Source: Takakia lepidozioides
Lineage: Eukaryota > Plantae > Bryophyta
DNA length: 64,000 nt
Assembly: GCA_030704615.1 (NCBI GenBank)
Contig: CM060731.1
Coordinates: forward strand, 24,304,001-24,368,000
Reading direction: 5' to 3'
Shown: piece after piece, positions 21,288 through 32,662 of the stretch
Numbering within the stretch: position 1 is the first letter of the stretch
Layout: each line of letters starts with the position of its first letter
Notes under the pieces: model-generated
Told to the model about the DNA's origin: nothing
Database searches by the model: none
What the model saw: the letters and a program-made list of their open reading frames with translations, nothing else
Position numbers and translations under genes: made by a program

Positions 21288-23530
21288 AGGATGCACAGTT
21301 GGAGATAGAGCAAGACATGCGGAAAAAATGTGGAACCAAGCAAGAGTTAGAAGCAAGGGATGATTGTCTTGATCATGATACCGCCACCACACCAATATAC
21401 AGAAATCTTGATGTCATCAACGACAACGTGCAAGGGTTGTGTGGTCAAAATTTATTGAGTGAAGAAGAGTTCAGAAGTAGGAAGTTTCAGTTGCACGACC
21501 AATGCTATGTAGATGGGCAGGTCACTGCCTTTTGTTCATCCAAGAAGGGTCATATGGAGTGTAAAGAAAGACACACATGTGGACACCAATTGGGAATGGG
21601 AGGAGTGAGATGTGCGCAATGCAAGACAAAGGAGGACAATGAACCTGAATACAAAAGGAGTTCGGAACACTCAAGTAAAGGAGGACATACGACCAATATA
21701 GCACATGAGAAGGATGACAAGGAAGATGGTATGTCTAAGTGGATGTTGGTTGAGTGCACAAGAGACATCAGCTTGCATGACAACTTGGGATCAGATGTGA
21801 GTCCGCTGAAATCACCAGTTCGTGCCAAAAGCCAGAGTGTCTCTCCAGCCCTTGAAACTGTAGATGTTGATACAAGGAAACTTGAATTCCCACCCACAAA
21901 ACAAAGGATGGGAGATTTGAGTACCGTTCACAAGAAAGATTTGAAATCTTCTCACGGTTCAACACTCTTGTTGTGGAAAATGGGGAAACTAGCAGCAAAG
22001 TTTGACTCTCTTAGAGAGATGCATCTTGGGATGGAGAGGATGCATAGGGATCAGAAAGAGAAGGTTGGCCTTTCTGCTGAGAAGACCCTGGTTGACCTGA
22101 TAACGTTCAGAGGTCAGCCAATGAACTATGCCCAACAAAGGGTATGGGATCCGGGTACACGAGGACATCTGAGAATGCTCAGTGCAAGCTCAAGCATTAA
22201 AGTGAAGGAGCTGCATGTCTTGTATGGGAGGCAGCTCATGGCAGATGCTGGAGATGAAGGAGAGAAGCCCAAACAGGTGACGTTCCTGTGTGTGTTGAAT
22301 GCATGTGCGAACCTGGCAGACCGGGTAAAAGGCGAAGAGGTCCATGGTGACAGTATCAAATCTGGTATTGCACCAGATATCATTATGGAGACTGCCATTG
22401 TTGACAGGTATGCCAAACGTGGGAGCATGAATGCACAACATGTGTGTGACAATATGTCTCACAGAAAAGTGGGGCCATGGAGAGTAATGATTGCAGGTTA
22501 TGCCCAGCATGGCTCTGAAGCACAGACCCTGCAACTGTTTGAACAAATGGAGCAGGAAGGTATGCCACCCAATCTGCTCTCATGGAGTGCAATGATTTCA
22601 GGATATGCCCAGCATGGTTGTGAAATTCAGGCTCAGGAGATGGATGGGCAGTTGATGTGGGAGGCTATGAAGCCTACCCATGTCACGATCACTTCTACTT
22701 GCAAGGCATACACCAGCCCTGAATCTCTTAAAGAGGGCAGGCTGGTTGAAAGGGAAGAAGGAAGGCATGGTAACCAAAGGGTTGCCCATGACTTGCCACC
22801 AACAATGCAAATGAAATTGCAGCCTGCTGTTGAGGACAACCTGCATGCAGGAAATGAGGCAGTACGAAAGGTGCAAGTGTCGATGGGAGCACAAGTGGTA
22901 GCTGAGATTCAAAACAAGGAGCCAGGGAGCAACATCAAAATTGGGAAACGCTGGTTTGTATGGGAAGGAGATCAGGACCTGCCTGGCATGAACTACAAGA
23001 AGAGGAAGAAGGCATTGTCACAAATTGGACTTGCTCTGGCCGGCGGAACAAATGGACAGCCGGGACACTGTCACTTAAATAAGAGAGGCTGGACGACGAT
23101 GCAAGCTCAGGGATGGAGCACGAAAACTGTGGCCAGGGAAGAAGGCCATGAAATTGGCATGATGAGTTGCATGGAAACCAGGTGGTGGTGTCAGTTTGAG
23201 AACAACCCTGCTCGCACCAGCCAGACAGAAGTGGCCATGAAGATTATGAGCAGAGAGGGGTTTCCCTTTGCTGAAGGCCAAGGCATGACAATCAAAAACA
23301 ATATTATGAACGGACCTCTCCAAGATATCTGGAGCAGAAACAGAAGGGGAATTAACACAATGTACCTGTTGGGAGTACCTTATGATCCTGGAAGGGAAGC
23401 TGCACGCAAATGCAGGCTAAGAGATGGGGCAAACAAGGAATGGGTAAGAAGTAGGCGAGATTTGAAACCATTCATACCACCAGTGGGTGGTCAGCCAGTG
23501 AAGGTGGTCAGTGAGGACCCTGACACTTAA
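21191..23530 (+). CDS. Chimeric 779-aa ORF containing degenerate PLS-type PPR repeats
   Basis: VTFLCVLNACA...VHGDSIKSG...TAIVDRYAKRGS...WSAMISGYAQHG at about 22250-22740, embedded in low-complexity retroelement sequence with WDPG/YDPG motifs. Confidence 0.65.
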   Translation: MGRSDGMGRGRVYIARSNEKGSGSRCTLESDIKDAQLEIEQDMRKKCGTKQELEARDDCLDHDTATTPIYRNLDVINDNVQGLCGQNLLSEEEFRSRKFQLHDQCYVDGQVTAFCSSKKGHMECKERHTCGHQLGMGGVRCAQCKTKEDNEPEYKRSSEHSSKGGHTTNIAHEKDDKEDGMSKWMLVECTRDISLHDNLGSDVSPLKSPVRAKSQSVSPALETVDVDTRKLEFPPTKQRMGDLSTVHKKDLKSSHGSTLLLWKMGKLAAKFDSLREMHLGMERMHRDQKEKVGLSAEKTLVDLITFRGQPMNYAQQRVWDPGTRGHLRMLSASSSIKVKELHVLYGRQLMADAGDEGEKPKQVTFLCVLNACANLADRVKGEEVHGDSIKSGIAPDIIMETAIVDRYAKRGSMNAQHVCDNMSHRKVGPWRVMIAGYAQHGSEAQTLQLFEQMEQEGMPPNLLSWSAMISGYAQHGCEIQAQEMDGQLMWEAMKPTHVTITSTCKAYTSPESLKEGRLVEREEGRHGNQRVAHDLPPTMQMKLQPAVEDNLHAGNEAVRKVQVSMGAQVVAEIQNKEPGSNIKIGKRWFVWEGDQDLPGMNYKKRKKALSQIGLALAGGTNGQPGHCHLNKRGWTTMQAQGWSTKTVAREEGHEIGMMSCMETRWWCQFENNPARTSQTEVAMKIMSREGFPFAEGQGMTIKNNIMNGPLQDIWSRNRRGINTMYLLGVPYDPGREAARKCRLRDGANKEWVRSRRDLKPFIPPVGGQPVKVVSEDPDT

Positions 23531-23550
23531 AAAGGGAGACACACTACATA

Positions 23551-25213
23551 TGTAGTGTGAATGCAGGGGAGTGACATTACATTTTGGCTTCACCGTTAAG
23601 ACCCTGCATCACTATAATGGGAGGGCCCTCATACCAACTGCAAGAGGGATATATCCCTCCATACAGGTAATTTTGTGGGCATACTGTACTCATGCGTTGC
23701 CAAAATAAAAATGGCTAAGTCGTGACCATGCATTTTTCATCCATGCGATGAACGTTTTCGTCACTGATGCTCAACCTAAAATCCGCGAGGAAGGAAGAAC
23801 GAAGAGGAAGGTGACGGGCGATTCGTAGCAGCTGCCGCGAGCTGTGGTGTTGACAGGGCAGTCTGTGTTGAGAGGTTGTACCTGCGCTGTGGGACTTCGC
23901 TTGGTTTAGAGGGCAGCATTAAGTGCCTCTGCTTGGTATTCTGTGTAAAGGGAAGCGGTGCCGTCTTTCTCGTTGTGATGATCAATTCATGGAGATAGGA
24001 GCATGTAAGGAGAGCGGCGCACCACCGCTGCCGCCACTGTCTTGAAGATGACAGTTATGGGCAGATGAGCAAGCAAGGAGAACGGCCACCTGCCAGAAGC
24101 ACAAGGAAGAGAATCTGAGCACAATCAATGGAGGTGATAAGGCATGTGGAGTGCTGGCTGGATGGCAACACAGGTTATCTGTAATCAGGCTTCTAGCTGC
24201 CTTTTTGTCTTCTTGCTATAGGTCCATTTCAGTTCTTAAAGAGCTACATGCATAGAAGAATAGAGCAATTTAGTTGGCAAACCACAGGATGCTCCATAGG
24301 ATGATGAGGAGACATCATGGCATGATAAACTCTGGAATCAAGACAAGGAGAAAAGGTTGTGGTGGCTGCTGACAGGCGATGGTGAGGTGCCATCTCGGCA
24401 GGCTGACCCACCGCTTCACTGGAGGATAAAAACAGATAAGTTGGTAGACTGTGGGCTTCTTCTTTGGGGTGGACTTAGAAATCGCTTTTGGTAGATTTAG
24501 GACTGCCCTGGTTGTTGAAAGGAAAGGGTGGAGACATGTGATAGAGGAAAGGTTTTTGGAAATGGAATGGAGACTCTGGACTTCAAACCAGAACATGGAA
24601 GGAATGGATACACCTGCCGTCGTAGTGTCAGTAAGAAAAATGAGTGAAGAGAGAGAGAGAGAGACTGTTGTCACAGAAAACAGAATGGTCACTGTTGTCT
24701 TCATTCTTGTTCTTGTTTCAGTGTTGTAAACCTGCACACAATGCTGCGGGGGGGGGTAGTGATACACTGGACCCAATGTAGATATAGCTTGTTTGCTTGG
24801 ACAGATAACTGAGGGTTAGCTGGAACTGTATGAAAACACAAAAGGGATAAGGTGTGATTTCAGCATTGTATCAGGATATGAACGACTTAAGCCCTTTTGT
24901 TGAAAGGAAAAGAGAGATGTTGGGTATTCAGGTTGAATCTGAAGAAGGGATGAGAGCTGTTTTGGGAAATGGGATCTTTTAAAAGAAAGGGGTAGTGTGA
25001 AGGGTTGAGTATTGACGGAGAGAAGAGAGAGAGAGAGAGATAGAGAGACTGATGAAAGGGATGGTTTTGCCTTGTGAGACCAAGGATGACTTCATGGCTG
25101 GCTGCACTGGATGCCTGGCGGAGTGTGCATTTGCATTACGTGATAGATGGGCTGTATGTGAAGAAGTAAGGAGCCTGTAGACATAGACAGAGATAGAGAA
25201 ACAGACGAGAAAA

Positions 25214-25262
<49 letters not shown>

Positions 25263-25804
25263 GCTGCTCAGCAAAAAGGGTTGATGGGGGGATGGCCAAC
25301 TTGGGGAGATTGAGATGAAGAAAGCATGAATCCTGAAGGAAAACCAGTGCCCCTGCAGTTTATGAAGATCTGAGCTGTCTCCCTCTAAATCTGTGTCACC
25401 ATTACAAAAAGGGATTTCCGACATGTCACTGCTCAAGGGGGTTCACATTAAGGGTCGTATTCACCGCTGCCATTGGGCTGCTTGCATCACATAAAAGATC
25501 ACGCCAACACTGTTGGCGCAGTGAGCATAGGGCCAGGCTGTTGCATAGAAGTAGAACCGAGGGCAAGAACAAACCAAAGACTCCCATCCATGTCTTCTCT
25601 TCCGCTGCGGCGTGGATGAGGATTCCGCAAACTCTGATCACGAACGAACCTGAAGGAAAAACCCATATAGCCTCATGACGATGGTTGGACAGAAAAGAGA
25701 ACGCTCCTTTCCTTTGCCCTGATACTTCAACAGGGACGAGTAGGAGGAGTACAGATTTAGGATTAACCAGAAGGGGATTCACGCCCCTTCTTTTTCACAC
25801 TACA
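23551..25804 (+). repeat. Right long terminal repeat plus terminal TTCACACTACA
   Basis: Copy of 17821-20055; preceded by CACACTACA-TA (23540-23550) and followed by TT-CACACTACA. Confidence 0.95.
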
Positions 25805-26533
25805 ACTACACAACTGTACCTTATGACTACACTTATGACTATATCACTACTCACTACATCAGTGAGGGTAGCATGTGGCATATTTCATGACTACAAATAC
25901 GATTCCATCACTATAGGTTTGTACTGGTTCTGGTAGGTCATCTAACACGTGTCCTTATTCGATTAGTTTATAAAATCATTAAATATTCATTTTATTTATT
26001 AATTTCATGTAAATTTTATTTATCGTTTTGATATTAAGATATGTTTCAATATGCAGAGCAATATCTTTAATTGAATGAAAGACTTTCACACAAATACACA
26101 GATTGTCTCTGGAATGTCGATCATACAGCAAAAAATCAATGGGATCCAACTTAACTTACACCATGCATCACATCATGGTGTCTTGCTCAATAGATACCCC
26201 CTTTCATAGAACATAATCCTCTACTCCTCCCTACCCCGAAAAAAACTATGTCATCATCTCTCATCCCATTTTTTCTCGACCTAGGTATGAGAGGATACAT
26301 CAATAGTGCAGTGAAGGTGTCCAAACCACTGGAAACTCTGTAGTTATACAACACCATCTAATTTCCCTGCTAGCAAGGAGGGATGCAAGCAAAATTGCAC
26401 CTGGAAACTACCGCCACTGTAGGTATTGCGACCAAATATATCCACCCCCATGTACACATCGAATGTTCGTTGTCCAGCTATGTCTGCACTCGACTTGGAT
26501 TAGAAAAGTAATAATTCCACAGCTTCTCGTCAT

Positions 26534-28060
26534 TTGCCCCTAGGTCTCCAAAGCCTCCATCTCGCGCCCTTGCTGTGTATATCTTGCATTCATCACACTC
26601 CACAACACCACATGTCGTTCAGCCTTACTGTCAAACACTCCCTTTGCATCCTCAATGCACCCACATTTGGCATACATGTCCACCAGGGCAGTGTTCAGAA
26701 TGACAGGTGCAATTCCAGATTTGATGATGCCACCATGCATCTCTTTGCCCTCAGGGCTGCCAGGCTTGCACAAGCATTGCAAACACACAAACGTGATCTG
26801 GTTACACTTCACCCCTTCCCCCATCATTTGCTCATATGTCTCCAAGGCCTCCATCTCGCGCCCCTGCTGTGCATATCCTGCAAGCATGGCATTCCATATC
26901 TTGTTCAGCCATACTGTCGAACACTCCCTTTACATCCTCGATGCACCCACATTTTGCATACATGTCCACTAGGGTATTGTTCAGAATGACATCGGGTACA
27001 ATCCAGCTCTGACAATGTCACCATGGACCTCTTTGCCCTTTTCCAGGGCTGCTAGGCTTGCAAATGCACACAAACGTGATGTGGTTGGGCTTCACCCCTT
27101 CCCCCATCATTTGATCATAGGTCTGCAAAGCCTCCATACCAAGTCCCTGCTGTACATACCCTGCAAGCATCGCGTTCCACGACACCACATCTCGTTCAGC
27201 CATAGACTTGTTGAAAACTCCCTTCGCATCCTTAATGCACCCGCATTTCGCATACATGTCCACCAGGGCAGTGTTCAGAATGACATCTAGTACAATTCCA
27301 GCTTTGATGATGTCACCATGGACCTCTTTCCCCTTTTCCAGAGCTCCCCTGCTTGCACACGCATTGCAAACACAAACAAATGTGATGTGGTTGGGCTTCA
27401 CCCCTTTGCACAACATTTGCTCATAGGTCTCCAAAAGCATTCCTACCTCACCCATGCTTGGTAAATCCTGCCAACATTATATTCCACGTGATCAAAGATC
27501 GTTGAGGCATTATGTTGAACACTTGGTGAGCATCCATGATGTTCCCACACTTAACATACATGTTGACAAGGGTGTTGAGTAGAAAAACATTTGGTGTGAA
27601 TCCACTTTAGATAATGTGAGTCATGTGCACCCACTTTCCAGCTTCCAGACCTTTCATCTTGATGCACTTAAGCAAGAGACAGACATACGTACTTGAATCT
27701 ACTGAAATGCCTCCTTGGTTTAAAGTTTGTAGAGCCTCTGTCAGTCTGCCTGCCTCACAAAGCATCTTCACATGCCCAGAAGTTCCAAAAGATGCATTGT
27801 GGATTCCCTCTCTTGATCCTCTATTTTCAGAAGTTGTGGTCATGGTTGAGGTGCCTGATTTTAACAACTGTGCCGCTGCAGCTCTTGCCTTTACTTGATC
27901 ATCTACCCATGCAGGTTTCTTGTAGCTACTGATCCACCTGGAATCAAGGTAATCTGGAGCTTGAAGTCCAGCCCTATTGGATGAATGTGCACCCACTACT
28001 CCTTCAGCTATCCATGCCTCTGCACAAATCATGCATACATCATTGCCTTGCAGCTGATAA
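26534..28060 (-). pseudogene. PLS-class PPR gene fragment (5' part), frameshifted
   Basis: Repeated TALVDMYAKCG / RDVVSWNAMLAGY / PNHITFVCV motifs across several frames; N-terminal LCEAGRLTEAL...DSSTYVCLL. Confidence 0.9.
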
Positions 28061-28099
28061 TGACAACCTAGAAGAATGGCAGTCCGCACATAAACTCAC

Positions 28100-28980
28100 C
28101 GCGTACAAGTAGTCGAGAAACACCTCCCTTGTCAGGTTGTACCAAGTCTCATTCTTCTTGATCGTTTGGCACTTTTTCAGTGTGTCCGGGGACAAGACAC
28201 TCACAAACGTTTCCAACGGCATCACTCCTATGCTTTGCATACGAAACAAGGAATGGACTATGTTGGTGGTGACATGGGATGTCTCCGTTCCCCTGCAATG
28301 CGAACAGGTCAGTTGACAAAGTTTAAAGATTGACAGAACAATGAAATTGGAGACAAGAAGTGGGCAAGACTCTTACTTGTTGATATCGTGCATTGCAGTT
28401 AGAAGCTGCGTGAACTTCCCCTCCGGATCGAGGACCATTGACTGAACCCGATAGTGCCACTCTTTGTTCTCCGCATACATCCTGCTGATGTACTCCATCC
28501 AGGGCACCAAACGGTGGTTGCCATCCCAGACAAAGAACATTTTGTTCATGTAATGGATGTGTGTTGGGTTCTGTGAAAGCTCAATCTCAAAATCCGTATT
28601 CACTTCTTTCCAAAGTGGGTCCCAACTATCCATTACATCGAGGTCAACCAATTTCTCAGATCCCTGGAGATCAGTCAGTGACACGTAAAACACAGCCGAA
28701 CCCTTCAAGTACCCATGGATAAAATCCCCCTGTAGCTTCTTGATGTCGTGGTGAAGGGCAGGCCAAACTGCTGGGCATAAAAATCATCTGGCACAGAGGA
28801 ATGAAAAGAGTGTCGTCTTTCACTTCCATGGAGTTGATGACTTTCCTCGAGTTCACCTTGGTGGTGTACATAAGAGAGTGCACCTTGGCTTCATAGTTGG
28901 CATCCACAACAACGTCCCTGTCTTCAAGAACAACTGTTTCCTCTGCAAGTTGGCTTCCCCCGGCTTTCTTTCTCTTTTTC
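28100..28980 (-). pseudogene. Spliced gene exons encoding a ParB/Srx-like N-terminal domain
   Basis: FFVWDGNHRL motif (28511-28525) preceded by DIKKLQGDFIHGY...AVFYV; exons about 28979-28377 (one frameshift) and 28292-28100 bounded by AG/GT sites. Confidence 0.7.
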
Positions 28981-29017
28981 TGCAAAATGCAATGTGTTAG
29001 GACACAAATCATGGCAC

Positions 29018-30700
29018 GATTAAGATGTCGTCAACGACATCTTAATTTGCTGTTATTCCAGGGTGATTTCCCAATGTTTGAGGGTCAATGCAGTTGTAGA
29101 TTAAGGTGTCGTTGACGACATCTTAATCTATTGTAGTTCTAGAGTGTTTCAGAGTGCTTCAGTGTTTCAGAGTGATTTTCTAATGTTTTGGGTTCAATTC
29201 ATTGGAGATCAAGATGTCGTTGACGACATCTTAATCTGCTACAGTTGTAGGGTGATTTTCTCATGTTTTGAATTGAATGCAGGAGCACATTAAGATGTCG
29301 TCAACGCCACCTTAATTTGCTGTAGTTGTAGGGTGTTTTTTGGATGTTTGATGTTGAATTCATTGGCAGATTAAGATGTCGTCAACGACAGCTTAATCGG
29401 CTGTTTTTCAAGGGTGATTTCCCCATGTTTGAGGTTCAATGCAGTGGCAAATTAAGGTCTCGTTGACGACATCTTAATCTGCTATAGTTCTAGTGTGCTC
29501 CAGATTGATTTTCTGATGTTTTGGGTTCACATCATTGGAGATTAAGATGTCGTCAACGACATCTTAATGTGCTACAGTTGTAGGGTGTTTTTCCTCATAT
29601 GTTGGATTAAATGTAGAAGCAGATTAAGATGTCGTCAACAACACCTTAATCTGCTGTAGTTGTAGGGTGTATTTTGGATGTTTTAAGTTCAATTCATTGG
29701 CAGATTAAGATGTCGTCAACGACAGCTTAATCGGCTGTTTTCCTAGAGTGATTTCCCCATGTTTGAGATTGACTGCAGTGGCAGATTAAGCTGTCGTTGA
29801 CGACAGCTTAATCTGCTGTAGTTGTAGACTGTTTCTCCCATGTTTGTTTTGATTGCAGAGGCAGATTAAGGTGTCATTGACAACACCTTAATCTGCTGTT
29901 GTTGTATGGTGTTTTTTGGATGTTTTAAGTCCAATTCATTGGCAGATTAAGATGTCGTCAACGACAGCTTAATCGGTTGTTTTCCTAGAGTGATTTCCCC
30001 ATGTTTGAGGTTGACTGCAGTGGCAGATTAAGTTGTCGTTGACGACAACTTAATCTGCTGTAGTTGTAGACTGTTTCTCGCATGTTTGTTTTGATTATAG
30101 AGGCAGATTAAGGTGTCGTTGACGACACCTTAATCTGCTGTAGTTGTAGGGTGTTTTTTGGATGTTTTAAGTTCAATTCAGTGGTAGATTAAGATGTCGT
30201 CAACGACAGCTTAATCGGCTGTCTTCCTAGAGTGATTTCCCCATGTTTAGGTTGACTGCAGTGACAGATTAAGCTGTCGTTGACGACAGCTTAGTCTACT
30301 GTAGTTGTAGACTATTTCTCGCATGTTTGTTTTGATTGCAGAGGCAGATTAAGGTGTCATTGACGACATCTTAATCTGTTGTAGTACTAGACTGTTTTTC
30401 CCATGTTTTGGGTTCAATTCATTGGTAGATTAAGATGTCGTCAACGACACCTTAATCTGCTATAGTTCTAGGGTGTTTAGCCCATATTTTGGTTCAATGG
30501 GGAGGCAGATTAAGATGTCGCCAACGACATCTTAATCTACTGTTTTTCAAGGTGATTTCCCCATTTTCGAAGTTGAATGCAGTGGCAGATTAAGCTGTCG
30601 TCAACGACAGCTTAATCTGTTGTAGTTCTTGGGTGTTTTCTCCCTGTTTTTGGTAGAACGTAGTGGCAGATTAAGGTGTCGTCAACGACACCTTAATCTT
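29018..30700. repeat. Tandem array of 21 palindromic repeats GATTAAG(A/G/C/T)TGTCGT(CA/TG)ACGACA(T/C/G/A)CTTAATC, period about 80-81 bp
   Basis: Units counted directly; spacers are related to each other; a 3-unit (about 242 bp) higher-order repeat spans 29703-30420. Confidence 0.95.
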
Positions 30701-30770
30701 CTTTCACTTTAACCTTCTTAAGTAAACCTTCACCCGCAAAGGTGACCTTTTAGGTAGCGTTATCGACACC

Positions 30771-31800
30771 TCAATCTAACTCCATTCTGTTGCAAAAACC
30801 ATGGATTTGAATGTTTGAACTAACCTTTTGTGGCTTCGTTCCTCCGCTGGAAGACCCGCCCCCCATTGCACGTCTTCTGCCTTGCACCTGGCTCTTCTCC
30901 TTCACGGATTGCGGAGGCACTTGTGTGTTTTTCTCCTGCTCCTCAGTGCCTGTGACCTGTCGTGGACACTGCATTATTTGCACCTCCTCCTCCTGAGCGA
31001 CATGACCCTGCTCTGGCATGGTCTGCTCTTGAACTGCAGGATCCACAGATGAGATCAGACGCTGACTCTCCCAAGCCTTCTTCCGCTTTCTTTGCCATAA
31101 AACATAATGAAGGTAAGCATTGCAGGCCCAGATTAAGGTGTTGTCAACACCATCTTAATCATGTACATATTGCAGGCTGTTGCACTCATACAGCGACAGC
31201 ATTGGGCTCGCTAGAACTAAGAGCTCTGCCTTTCAGAGGTGGCGGATTAAGCTGTCGTCAACGATAGCTTAATGACCTTGCTCTGGACTTGTTCGAAACC
31301 CTTGCGAATGCAATGGTGGACATGATGCGATGCCGTTTCAAGTAATCGTCAAAGTCATCTTCAACTCAAATGTATGTTTCTTATTGCTCTTCTTATCGCT
31401 TCGAGTCAGGGAACAAGGTCATGTAAAGCCAATGTGCTGCTGAACTCACCTGGATCAAACTCTGTCCACCGCTGGAAGTGTCCTCCTCTCCCAGCCCGAC
31501 GCTGCTTTCCGCTTGAGCCTTCTCCTTCAACGGGCGCAAAGACAGCTGCATGGAGGAGGGCCGCCTCATTGTCGGCAGGCCCCTCTGCGGACTTTGCTGC
31601 ATTGCCTCCTCCTCCGCAGGAGCACCGCTCTCCCTTTCGACTTCCTCCTCCTGTATCGGTTGCAATAGAGGCAGCTCCAACAGATCCTCAAGCTGCTTGT
31701 CCAAAATGGGCTCCTTCCCTGCCAGACTCTCCATCCCTTCGCCCACAGAACCCTCCCCCTCACGATCGCTCCCTCCCTCTGACAAATTCAAAGCCCTCCT
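30771..31800 (-). pseudogene. Probable 5' exons (Glu/Gln-rich, low complexity) of the ParB-domain gene
   Basis: Same strand and upstream of the ParB exons; ORFs 30771..31046 and 31393..32007; divergent from the transposase. Exon structure not resolved. Confidence 0.4.
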
Positions 31801-32662
31801 AGCTTTCTTCATCCTCTCTCTCGCTCTCAACCTCTGCCTAGTAGACGTGAAGTACAGAGACTGCCTTCTCGCTCTCTTCTTTCCAGAAACGCTCTTGTTC
31901 TTGGGATGCTCCAGTGTGGCGAGTCTGGAATGATGAACGCTAGAATGTAACCTCCGAAGACATCCCTCGGGCAAATGATAAAAGTCGATGGCGGTTAGAT
32001 TTTTCATCCCTCCCTCTCAAAGAATGACTAATCATCCAAAAACTTAACGGCTCATTATTGGGGTTTTCGTTTTTCGGCGGGATGCTTGCAGGCTGTCTCG
32101 CAGAGAACTCGACATCTGTTGCCCTTGCAAGACACTTAAATATAGGCATGTCACGTATCCATTTTAGACATAAGGGGTTCGACCCACACCGCAGTCACTG
32201 AGGATGTGGCATCTGCAAAGTCGGCCGCAATTCTTGCCTGTCAGAATCATGTGTTCGGCGGTATGTGATCTGACATTCATAGGATAAAATTCACCAATAT
32301 TTGTCAGAGTCAAAGCCGGCTACTAAACAGCATGCAAAAAAATAATTTGCCTCAACACCTTCAATTGGTGGATCCACTGAGACATTGCCAGGAAGTGGTT
32401 CCACGAATTTGGCCTTCCTGGTGTACTCTTGTCACATGCTCTCCACTGCCCACACTCCCGTGCTCGTTCATGCAATGTCTCTCAACTCCGACGTCGCTGT
32501 TTTCTACTCCAACGCGCAAGCGGAGTACCTGAGTGTAGTAGCCGACGTGAATGGGCTCGTCGTAGTTCAAGAAGACTTGCTTTGCGTGACCTTCCGCTTT
32601 GAGGCAGGGACTGTACATGTAGTGAGAGAGGTGTATGACAAAGTGGGTAAGGTCGAGGGCAC

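Larger units (their letters stand above)
17821..25804 (+). mobile_element. Young non-autonomous LTR retroelement (LARD-like) with 2.2-kb repeats, gag remnant and captured PPR sequence
   Basis: Near-identical repeats at 17821-20055 and 23551-25793; Met PBS; PPT AAAAAGGGAGA; terminal 11-bp inverted repeat TGTAGTGTGAA/TTCACACTACA; TSD ACTA (17817-17820, 25805-25808); no pol motifs. Confidence 0.92.

Noticed and set aside
17821-25804. Segmental duplication of host genes (identical ORF sets at 18046-20044 and 23776-25782)
   Set aside because: These are the two terminal repeats of one retroelement (PBS, PPT, TSD); the short ORFs are microsatellite-rich and not credible proteins.
29018-30700. CRISPR array (palindromic ~30-bp repeats with ~50-bp spacers)
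   Set aside because: Spacers are homologous to each other and form a 3-unit higher-order repeat; no cas genes; eukaryotic intronic context.
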